From: Camelus dromedarius
Lineage: Eukaryota
DNA: 64,000 nucleotides
Assembly: GCF_036321535.1 (NCBI RefSeq)
Contig: NC_087462.1
Location: 7,254,001-7,318,000, forward strand
Direction of reading: 5' to 3'
The translations under genes were made by a program, and so were the position numbers. Below, piece by piece: positions 1 to 23,945 of the stretch (within the stretch, counting starts at the first letter, position 1; every line of letters begins with the position of its first letter). The notes below the pieces were generated by a model. That model ran no database searches, was not told the origin of the DNA, and saw only the letters and a list, made by a program, of their open reading frames with translations.

Positions 1-342
1 GGATCTGGAAGTGATGAAGACTGGTGGGGAGGCAGCATGGGGGTCTTGGTACTGGCCTTTGGCATTGGTGGAATCTAATAGGAACCTGGACAGTTGTGGA
101 AAGGACCCACAGTGGGGCGGGGCTAAGTCATGGATGGGGATGGAGAGAATGAGCAGCGGGGGCGGGGCATGGGTGTGGCAAGGCTGGGCAAGATCTCCTT
201 GAGGAGCAGCATGTAGGGGTATGCAGGACCTAACTTGGGCGAGGGTACACGTAATTGGGTGGGCCTGGGGAGGCTGGGAAGGAAGGAGAGTACATTCTTT
301 AGGGCATAGTTAAGGCAGGATCTAGAATAGATTGGAGCCTAA

Positions 343-5249
<4,907 letters not shown>

Positions 5250-5589
5250 CAGAGGGAGCCACTGGCTCTCCGCTGTACAGCTGCCTGTATACATATGTAC
5301 ACATATAAATAAAGTATGTCCGTGCTGTGTTAGCATTCTGGAGCTTGCCTCTCCTCCCCTGGTAATGCACAACATCATATTTCCACCCCCTTGCCTCTAC
5401 GCTTGTTGAGAGGCAGAACTCCAGTCCTGGTTATCATAAAAATGGGAGATGAGTCTTGGGTGGACCCTTCCTTGGTCCCACCTGTCTCACCTGTGCTCCA
5501 GCTACCCCCACACCCTCAGCAAACTGCAGTGTTGTTCTGAGTCCCAGTACCCACCTGAAGAAAAGTTTAACAGCCTCGTTCACCAATTT

Positions 5590-5735
5590 ACTTGTATTCC
5601 TTAATCAGTCAGGTGTTAATAATTCCCATTTTGCAGGTGGGTAGATTGAGTCACAGACAGGTTAAGGCACATGATTAAGGCCAAACAACTAGGAAGGGAC
5701 TAAACAGATTCATACTGAAGTCCAAACTGGCCCCT
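5590..5735 (-). mobile_element. MIR SINE in the MAST1-DNASE2 3' intergenic/UTR region
   Basis: Core CCCATTTTGCAGGTGGGTAGATTGAGTCACAGACAGGTTAAG. Similar MIR cores occur near 2095, 6320, 24240, 39260, 42350, 44790, 49795, 53410 and 58920. Confidence 0.65.
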
Positions 5736-5740
5736 GAGCC

Positions 5741-7845
5741 TTAGCTCATGTGCTCTGCTGGGCTTCCTGAAGAGAAGGCCCTGCTTTTCTCCCCACAAGG
5801 CTTCCAGGCCTTCACCAGAGGCTGGAAGGCCTTCCAGAGGGCAGGCAGCTGGGCACATAGTGTGCCCCCACCCCGGTGCTCCTCTCTTTGGTTGCGATTC
5901 ATGTCACCCACACAAGTCCAGGGCCCTTCTGGGGCTACACACCACTTGGAGTGGTCTTCTGTGGTGCTGAAGGTTGGCCCAGCTGGCCCAGAGAAGGCTA
6001 TCTGGGTCACATCCAGCACGTGCTGGACCCTGGAGCAGTTGGAGGGAAGGATGCCAGGAGACTTCTGCCAGAACTGGACCTGCAGGTTGCTGCCAAGGGC
6101 TTCTGCCAACCAGCCAGAGTACAGGTCTGTGGAGGATGGAAAGAGGGAATGGGCAGGTCAGTGTCACTATTAGGGATTCCCTAGACCACTTCCCCTCTCC
6201 GAGCTCAGTTGTCAGTTCCCGGCAACCTGGAGAATTATAACATTAAGACTAATAGCCCTTACTAACCACTTTATATGCATCACTTCACCCCTAACAGCCC
6301 TTTAAAGTAGGTATCAGTATTCCCATTTTTCAGATAGGTCAGCTGAGGCCTTGGTTAAATCATGCATCGCATGGCCAGAAACCAATATTTGAACATAGGT
6401 CTGTGGGTTGTTTACCTCTCATGTGATTTTGACCCCCAAAATATCCTAGTCCCTTATCCCTGACCTGCCCTTAGCCATGGACACACCAGACACCCATTCT
6501 GCAGAGCAAAAGCCCTCCAACCCTCAGCCTCACCATCTCCAAAGTTTCCAAATTTGGCAAAGCTCTGGAATGTGGCTCCTGCTCTTGATGTGAGTGTTAC
6601 ACTGTTGTTCCACGGCCCCTGGGGAACATGATGGCCCTTGACTACCTCTTCCAAGTGGGGAAATTTCTGGGCGAAGTCCTCTTTCAGCCTGTGGTCATAC
6701 ACCAGGGGATAGGTGTAGGTCAGCTGTCTGCCTAGAGGGCAAGAGGAGAAGAAAATAAGGGACTGTTCCAAGGTTCTGTCTGGGCTGGTAATCAGGCACT
6801 CACCCTACCTCCCTGTCTCCACTCACTGATATCCAGGAATTGGGTGAGAGGAAAAGATACGCAGAGCAGGGTCTGCCCGTAGGTTTCGGCACTAGGAGGC
6901 CAGCTGTACACAGCAGAGGAGGCAGGTGGAGGGAAGTTCGGAACACTGTGGATCAGCCAGAAGCCCCCTTCTTGGTCCAGGAGCAGCACACCTGAACCAG
7001 AAATTGTGGCTAAGAGAGACTGCTTGAGTCATCCCAAGAAGAACATGTGCAAGCAGGAAAACTCTGCAGGGGGCCCGGAGCTGATGTGGGCAGTGTCAGG
7101 ACCACTGTTGAGTTCAGTTTCTGCAGCCATCAATTCTCATAGTCCAGAGGAAGGACAACGTTGATATAAGGAAACAGATGCCCAGGGTTTAACAGAGCAG
7201 CTCACCGTCACCCCCTACAGGTCGGGGGTTACCTGGGGAAATGCATAGGGAAACCAGAACCTTTCCCCAGCCCTCAATCTGCCCTTACCCTTCGTGTGCC
7301 CACGGCTGGAAGAGTCCCAAGACCCGCTGGATTTAGGCGGTTGGTCATTGTAGAGCAGGAAGGAGAGCTGAGGAAGATGGACAGGGGCAACGTGAAGGCT
7401 TCCCCAGGTTGGGCCCACCCTAGAGTCCAACCCCCGGTTCCGCCGGGGGCCCCTTCACCTGGCTGGTGGTGTTTTGGTACAGCGGCAGTAGGCTGCGGCC
7501 TACGGCCCCCATAGAGCTGTTGATGGACCCTGTGCCGTCGCGCCAGCCCCCTGAGTCTTGGTCCAAGTACTTGTACAGCAGACCCCTCTGGGCCGCATCT
7601 CCCGGCCCGCTGTGGGCCGGTAGCTTGTAGACAACGAACCTGGAGGTTGGGGAATGGACAGAAATGGAGGAAGAAGAGAAGGAACCCCAGTCTTCAGCGT
7701 AGCAATCCCCAGTCCGGTCCTGGGTGGATGGTCGGTGCCCGCGCACTCACCAGTCTACAGGCCTCCCCGAGTCCCCGTAGCAGGTCAGGGTCCCTACAGG
7801 AACCCAGAGCAGCGCGGCCAATAGCAGGTGGCTCAGCGCGGCCAT
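5741..7845 (-). CDS. DNASE2: Deoxyribonuclease II alpha (lysosomal acid DNase), 367 aa
   Basis: Exons 7845-7751, 7639-7459, 7367-7289, 6991-6827, 6731-6534, 6126-5741 (1104 nt). Signal peptide [19 protein letters not shown]; two PLD-family catalytic His motifs GHTKG and DHSKW; TAA at 5743-5741. Confidence 0.97.
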
Positions 7846-9200
7846 TCGGCTGGAGTCTAGAAATAAGTGTCCGGACCGCGAGGCGCAGGGTCACGAGCTG
7901 GGCCAGGCCCGGTCCCTGGCGGCTTTCACTTCCCCAAACCCGCCTGGGAACCCAGGCCCGGACTTCACGAGGATGGAGACTCCGCCCGCGAGGTGAGAAG
8001 CAGAGATTTGAAAATGCTGTCAAGGATCCTTCCGGGGGCTGGGCTTTCTTTCGGGCAGTCGCTCCCTGCAGGCCCCGCCCCCGACCCGGCCAGCCTGGGG
8101 CCGCCTCCTGCTTCTGGAGGATTGGTCCCTGATAGACTCCACCCTCTGACTCGGCCCCGGCCACGCCCTCTTACGGCCCATCGCAGCTCACGTCACTCCG
8201 CTAGGCCCTGCCTCCGTCTCTTTCAATTCGGGTTAATGCTAATCAACATTCTTCCACCGAACCGCGCTCCTCTCTCTGCTTCTGGATCAGATGCGAATTA
8301 TTTTTTCCTTTCCTACCTTACAGCCTGAGGTCCAACTCATGACTTTCGCTTGTGCTCTTGATCCTCCCCCTTTCATTCTGCATGTTTTCCCCGGCACCCG
8401 CCCCCCCCGCCTCGCCTTCGCCCCGGCCGGAGCTAGCCAAAGGGTCACTTTGGATCATGGAAGGGTGAAGGATCCTGGGGCTCTGGGACTGGGCTGAGGG
8501 CTGTTAAATGGAGGAAGACGGTCCCTGTGAATGTCCCTGGGTTTCAAGGCAGGAGACAAGGACGATGTAATCTGACCTTGGGGTGGGGAAAGGAGGGGCG
8601 ACAAGGACTGCAATGACCGAGGAGGGTTGCGCAGGCTTAGGAGATGAGGATGTGAGTGTGTATGGCCCCCCAGTATCTTCCCATCTTCCAGCACCCAAAA
8701 CCCACAAAGTCAGGCCAATACTGAAGCTTTATCTGGGAGGGCGTTTTTACAGGACCCATAACCATTCACAGCAGATGCCAGTCACTGTGGAGCTTCAGGA
8801 GTCACAGTGTGAAGATTTCTAGAATCAGGGTCCGTGGGAAGCCTCACCCGACAACCCCTCCCGCTGTCTAGGCAACCTGTGAGCTGGTCTGATGGTCCAG
8901 CTCTCTGAGGGTCTGTCTCTTTGTCAGAAGTATATAAGTATCCATCAGAGTCCGTTTATTTGGAGATCTATTTCACTGGGTCTATGAGACCATACGTGAC
9001 TGTGTGGCTCCCTGTGGCCAAGGACATGTGGGAGCTTCCGTTGGAGGTTCACCCTAGTCTATGGGCCAGTCCTTGATCTTCTGGTGGATGTGTGGGGCCA
9101 AGAGTCCAGACGAGGATTCATTCAAGGGAAAACCATCTTATGTAGATCCGCTCTTGTCCCAACTCCATTACCTAGGAAGGTCCAAGTGCCAGGGCAGGAC

Positions 9201-12215
<3,015 letters not shown>

Positions 12216-12320
12216 GGCTGGCTGGTGCCCACCCTGGGACTCAGGCCTCCTCTCCCTTGGCGACCTCGTGGGCTCTGAGGTTCTGATGGCCTCTTGGAGG
12301 GCTCCTCTCTGCCCTCAGCT

Positions 12321-12342
12321 CATTGGCTGCAGCCCCTGATAA
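12321..12342 (-). promoter_or_regulatory. KLF1 proximal promoter: CCAAT box plus GATA site
   Basis: CATTGG at 12321-12326 and TGATAA at 12337-12342, about 110-125 bp upstream of the ATG. Matches the known GATA1/CCAAT proximal EKLF promoter layout. Confidence 0.85.
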
Positions 12343-12448
12343 GGGGCAGGCAAAGGCGGGGGTCACCGTTTCTGGGGAACAGACCTCACTGAGGTCTGTT
12401 TGGGGCTGAGCCTTAAAGATTGATCCTGTATCCAAAGCCAATCAGATA

Positions 12449-12506
12449 TTCAGGGGCTGGGGGTTCAGGGGCTGGAGGTTCTGAGGTTGGGGGTTCTAGG
12501 GTTAGG
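12449..12506. repeat. 15-bp G-rich tandem repeat (about 4 degenerate copies)
   Basis: ttcaggggctggggg / ttcaggggctggagg / ttctgaggttggggg / ttctagggttagg. Confidence 0.8.
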
Positions 12507-12718
12507 CAGAGTGAGGCACTGGGTTCCCAAAGGAGAGACTTGGGGTCTGCTCTCAGTTACTGTCCTGGAGAAGGAGTGACGAGCAGAATGGAGATTCTGG
12601 GAAGGAGCTTCGAGACCCTTGCCCCTGACCAGGGCCTTGCAGCTTTCCCCTTCCCCAGTAAACAGCAGCAACTGTGCTGATGGCGGGACTTGGCATGAAC
12701 TCCCTGCCAAGCCAGGCA

Positions 12719-12757
12719 TTATCAGACTCCCCAGATGTTGGAGGCTGCTATCAGGTG
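12719..12757. promoter_or_regulatory. KLF1 upstream erythroid enhancer, GATA-Ebox-GATA motif
   Basis: TTATCA 12719-12724, CAGATG 12732-12737, CTATCA 12748-12753, about 500 bp upstream of the ATG. This is the arrangement known for the EKLF EHS1 enhancer. Confidence 0.85.
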
Positions 12758-13199
12758 GGGGCCCAGAACAGCCAAGGCTCTTTCCCCAGTGAGTGAAAGG
12801 GCTGGGGGATGGGAATTAGCTTGGTTTTAGCTTTCTTGGGCTGTGATCTCTCTGGTCTGAGACTAGTGGCAGGAAAGACCCCCCCAATCAGCCATCACTG
12901 TCTGCCATAGACACCCCCCTGAGTATGGCTGTGTGGGGGCTGGGAAAGTATGAGTATGCTGCATGAGTATGGCTGTGTGGAGGCTGAGACTGGTGCAGTT
13001 ACAGCTGCTCCAGTGTGATGAGGGCTGGGGAGCAGGTGAGCCCCACTCCTGGGTGGGATGGGACCACTGGACTGGGTCACAGGAAGTACCTGACCTGCAG
13101 GAGACCTGGCTGCTGCTTGAATTCTACCTAATATGGGGGAGGAATATGAGGTTCTGCACCAGAGACCTCCACTGTGGTGCTGAGGGAGTCCAGGTGGGT

Positions 13200-13960
13200 G
13201 ACAGAGACACACATCACAGACACATAATTCATAGTCACACACACACACACTGTGTGATTACGTACTGACACAAATTCCCAGTCCCTAAATCACACACCCC
13301 ATATGGTCCCTGCACATATAACTGTATATCTGTGTGTCATAGAGACCATGCACAGACATACTATACCCAGGCCTGAAAACAACCATATACTACATCAGTT
13401 GTACAATATTATAGTCACACAATCCTTCAGATGTAGAAGTCATAATCAGGCTCTGACAATCACACAGTTACCCAAATCACACACAATCACACAGACACAA
13501 TAAGGCCACAACTGAACAGATACACGGAGATTCCTGGGTATATTGTCACAGAACTATAATAGATGCAGTCACACAACCCCATCAAACACAGATGAAGCCT
13601 CAGACACAAAAGTGTAAAACACATCAATGCAACCCACATTCACAAGCATACAATAATGTAGTCATGCACACAGTTTTACATCAGGCACAGACACAGTAAC
13701 ACACAGTACCATATAAAACCAACAACCTTACAGAATCACAGCCACCTGTCTCTGATACAGTATGTAATTAGCCACACAACTGCACAACTAGTAATGCCAA
13801 ACAATAGGGGGCGCACCCAAACACAGACACCCACACTAACATGGAATTAAACACCCTGATAGTGAAAGGCATACAACCTTACCGAGATGTAGGCACGTCA
13901 CACCACAGACACATCCAGAGTTGGGGCACCATAAATGTATCACACAAAAAGACAAAAAAA
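13200..13960. repeat. Degenerate CA-rich low-complexity array
   Basis: Dense ACAC/CACAGT/ACACAG motifs with strong C+A bias on +; a second block at about 15600-16090. Confidence 0.7.
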
Positions 13961-14059
13961 TGATGTGCTGCAAAAGGGGAGGTGGGGCAAAAATGTAATG
14001 TAAAATCCAGCTTGGCAAACCCACTAGGATGACTAGTAAAAAAAAAAAAAAAAAAAAAG

Positions 14060-14712
14060 GAAATAACAATTGTTGGTGAGATGCAGAGAAATGAGAACCA
14101 TCACACACTGCTGGTGGTGCAGCTACTATGGAAAACAGTTTGATGATTCTTCAAAAAGTTTAACATAGAGTCACTGTATGATCCAGCAATTTCACTCCTA
14201 GGTATATACTTAAAAGAATTGGAAACAGGTACATGAACAAATACTTGTACACCAATGTTCACAGTAGCACTAGTTACGATCACCAAAAGGTGGAAACAAC
14301 CCAAATGTCCATCAACGGATGGATAAACAAAATGTGGTCCATCTATACAATGGGATATTATTCTGCCATAAAAATGAATTAAGTTCTAATACATGTTACA
14401 ACATGGCTGAAACATGCTATGTAAAAGAAGCCAGTCACAACATGTCNNNNNNNNNNNNNNNNNNNNNNNNNNNNNNNNNNNNNNNNNNNNNNNNNNNNNN
14501 NNNNNNNNNNNNNNNNNNNNNNNNNNNNNNNNNNNNNNNNNNNNNNNNNNNNNNNNNNNNNNNNNNNNNNNNNNNNNNNNNNNNNNNNNNNNNNNNNNNN
14601 NNNNNNNNNNNNNNNNNTGGTGATTGCACAACGTCGTGAATATACTACAAGCCACTGAACTATACACTCTAAATGATTTATTTTATTTTATGTGAATTTC
14701 ACTTCAACAAAA
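14060..14712 (+). mobile_element. LINE-1 (L1M) 3' end fragment, interrupted by N gap 14447-14617
   Basis: Diagnostic L1 ORF2-end/3'UTR text: ...ACTATGGAAAACAGTTTG...ATGATCCAGCAATTTCACTCCTAGGTATATAC...AAACAACCCAAATGTCCATCAACGGATGGATAAACAAAATGTGG. Confidence 0.85.
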
Positions 14713-16690
14713 CTATGTGGTTGAAATTAAGAGTGGTCTCCTGGATAGGAAAGCAGAGTCTCTCTTGGGAAGAGGTCTCCTTGATTTAGGATAAGACACT
14801 AACAGGCATGTTTGGTTCTGAAAGGTGAGGCAAGAGGATGAGGGTTCAGAGAGGGGCAGTGGGGCATCTGGTTGGGAGATAAGGCCTTTGGGAGCATGTA
14901 GCCAGTACAGATGATGGTCTTCCAAAATAGCCTGAGACTCTTTGGGTTTCCTAGTGTGTATGCTGTCATCACCCTCTACACCCACTGTGCATCAGAGAAC
15001 TCCAACACCCACAACAGCTCCAGAGCAGGGAGCTTTGGCTAAAGGAAGGGATGGAAAGAGGGAGGCCATTGGCTCCAGGCAGAGGGAGGTGCCCAGAATA
15101 AGAGCTATGCAGAATCCTAGACATTTCAGGGTGGTGAGGGGCTTACTCCCTGCTGAATGAGAAGGAGGGTTCAAAACATTTTATTTGGATATTAAGGGCA
15201 AAAAGGGCCCAGAAAGTGGAAGAGTCTGAACACACCCAGTCCCCAGGCACTTGGGGATAAGCAGGCTAGTGATCACATTAGGGCACAATCTCACAGTTAT
15301 TTCTATCATACTCAGCCAGAGACGATGTGTGAGACAGAACACTCTAACACACAACTACCCAGAGTGTCTATGTGGGAAGAGGTTTTCCTGGGTGGGTGGG
15401 GTGGCGGGGAGGCTGTCCTGGGAAGCAGCAGGCTTGGATCCCAGTACTGGTCCCTGCTCTGCACCTGGCCCATTGTGACTCTGAGCAAGACCATTCTGCT
15501 TTCTGGGCCTTATTTTCCCCAACTGGGAAATGAATGGGTCTTGGACTTTCAGATATAGTCAAGCATGATGCATTCAGATTCGAAAGCACACCAAACAGAT
15601 GCTCATAAAAGTGATCTAGGTGAGCACAGCCACTCATTCAGGTATATACTCATGTCACACTCAAGCTCACAATCACACATAACTGCACATAGACTGACAC
15701 ATACAGGTATACACAATTGCACAGATATACACACAAATATCTAGTCATATTCTCACAAAGATAACAGCCAAACCCAGAGAGAAAAATCATCAAAACACAG
15801 TCATGCACATAGTATCACACAGACACATGACCACACAGAATATCATTACACAAGCTTACAATTAGACAAGAAACCAAAAAGACATTCAGTTACATAGGCA
15901 CACAACCACCCATAGTCAACAGCCCCACAACGTCACAGTCAGCCCCACTCACATACAGATACACAGTCACTCAGGTTCAATCAACCGCACAGAATCACAA
16001 AGCACAAGGAATCACACCAAGTCACTCGCAGTCACATGTGGCTACACATGCTTCCTGCGACAGACTGGCAGACAGCTTGGGCTGAGATCGCTCACTGGAA
16101 CCCACCTCCCCCTTCCACACACAGCGCCCCATTAAAGGAGATGTCGAGTTCTGCGCTCCTGGGTTCCAGGACTCATTTTTCTCGTGCCTCAGTATCCTGG
16201 TTTAACTTCTGACTCCCACTGCACACGCCCCCTACTACTGACCAACCAGGAGTGGGCCGAGCCCCATCCTAAGGCCAATCAGAGCAGGAATACAGTTGGC
16301 CAATTGGGTCGGCGCACTCGCCTTCCGCCCCGTCACTGTTCTGCTCCTTAAAAGAGGCTAACATGCCGCGGCTTGGGCGCGTCCGCTTCCACCCGCAAGG
16401 CTGCCATAACCCTTTTAAAAACAGAGCCGTGAAGGAGCTGGGTACTAGGACGAACCAATGACAAGCCCTATTCATCCTCTACCCCGCCCACCCTCGCCGG
16501 AGGTCAAAAGCCGTGGTCAGTTGCTTTGTATCCTGTGCCGTGAGCCGAAAGGCTTCAGGTGAGGACTGGCGAGAGGGGCGAGAGGCGAGGGGTGCAAAGG
16601 GCTAGGGCAGCTGGTGGGAGCTGCTCCGCTCAGACGCCTCCACTCCTCCAGGTGGGCCGTGGTTGTTGCGCTCGCCCACTCGCTGCCCAC

Positions 16691-22278
<5,588 letters not shown>

Positions 22279-23851
22279 ACACACTTCACCCGGGAGCCTG
22301 GGTGGTACCAAGCTCCTTCCCAGGGAGATGCTGTGCTCTGAGCTGAGCCAGAGAGGTGGCAGATGGAGCCAATTCTTATGGTGGGAAGTGAGAGACACTG
22401 ATTTTTAAATATCAAAATTTCCCTTTTGAAGTCATTCAAATGTGTTCCTTAAAAAGAAGAGGGGACTCTCTGTACTGAGTTTCTCAAGCCACTTTTCACT
22501 ATGGATGGGAACAGACTCACTAACCTTGGAACAGAAGCTTCTCTTGACAGGGTATCAGGGAGAGGGAACGAGAGTGACACGGAGGCAACTTGTGAGACCC
22601 ACCTGGTGTCTGCCTAAGCAAACTACCCCCCCAATACACACCCCAAGAGTTCACTGTGCGCCCTCTGACCCTCTCATGTGGGGTAAGTGCCTTATGCTGG
22701 ACGTTGGAGCAGAGCAAAGGGGAAGGAGAGATAATAAAGTCTGCATGCTTGACCCCACAGTGTTGGACACATTTACTTGTAACCACTGAAAGTTATTTCA
22801 GTCACAGGAAAAAGGAACACGGGGCAGTGAAGTGGGCTGGGACCTGGCGGGGACTTCCCCTGCTCCCGAGTGATCTGGTCTGTGGCTGAGTCCTGGGCTC
22901 AGCTGTAATAAATAAACCTGGTTAGGCACTGCCCAGGGCTCCGGGCTGAGGGCAGAGGGGACTTTGTCCTTTCTATCACCACAGAGCTGACACAAAGCAT
23001 GGGAAATGATGGTCCAGCTCTCACATGACAGGGGAGCACAATGTCACAAGTGAGATGGGGATCATCACGGGTTTCGTGGTGGTGGTGGCCCCTGTGGGGT
23101 TTAGGGCGGCCGGGGCTAATGCCCCTGCTTTCTATTGACATTGATTTTCATCTTTGCTGCTATAACTCTCCTTCCTCAGGCTGCGCCCGCATGCTTGAGT
23201 TTTGTCATACCTCAGGCTGGACGCACAGGTCTTTGTACACGGTCTCCACAGTGTGGCACACTTGTTTGAGCTCTGTTTCCAGATGACTGATCTTTGCCAT
23301 TTTCTGGGTGAACTCTTGGAGCTTTTCCTGAATGATCTTGTTGTGGTGATTATAGATCTGATACATCCTCTCCTCTAGCTTCTCTGTCAGGTCCGAAACC
23401 TTTTAAAGAATAAGGTGTGTTTTTGGAAAAGCAAACAAGAGGCATCACAAGACATTGTTCTAGATGGCTCTTTAAGATTTCTGCAGTTTCTCTTATAAAA
23501 GTGGTAAAAACAACTCCAGTGACTAGGGGTGAAACTGCCTACAGGTTAAACTTTTCTTTTTAAAAAGCAAGGTGCAAAATTATGTAAATAGTATAAGCTC
23601 AAGCAGGTTAGGAGGAAAGTACACAGAGCAGAGACTAGAAGAAAACATGCAGCCAAGTGGCTCTGGGTGGTGGTATCATATGAATGTTTTTATATTTTTT
23701 CTGCCTTTTTATATTTTTCTCTACTGTCTAAATTTTCTATGTACCAGGTAGGTAGGGATGGGGGGCGTAAAAAGGGAAAAAAGTCAAGTCTGTCATTGAG
23801 AGATGACATGTAGAATCAACAAGCTGTCCCACTCACAGGATCCATTATGTA

Positions 23852-23945
23852 TTTTTTTTTTTTTAATGGAGGTACTGGGGATTGAACCCAGGACCTTGTG
23901 CATGCTAAGCATGCGTTCTACCACTGAGCTATATTCACACCCCAC
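23852..23945 (-). mobile_element. Camelid tRNA-derived SINE with target-site duplication
   Basis: Poly-T plus AATGGAGGTACTGGGGATTGAACCCAGGACCTTGTGCATGCTAAGCATGCGTTCTACCACTGAGCTATA; TSD ccattatg(t/c)att at 23842-23853 and 23950-23961. Confidence 0.85.

Noticed and set aside
14319-14667. ORFs spanning N runs (also 39745-40231, 54540-55345, 60800-61130, 63410-63625)
   Set aside because: Artifacts of translating assembly gaps as X.
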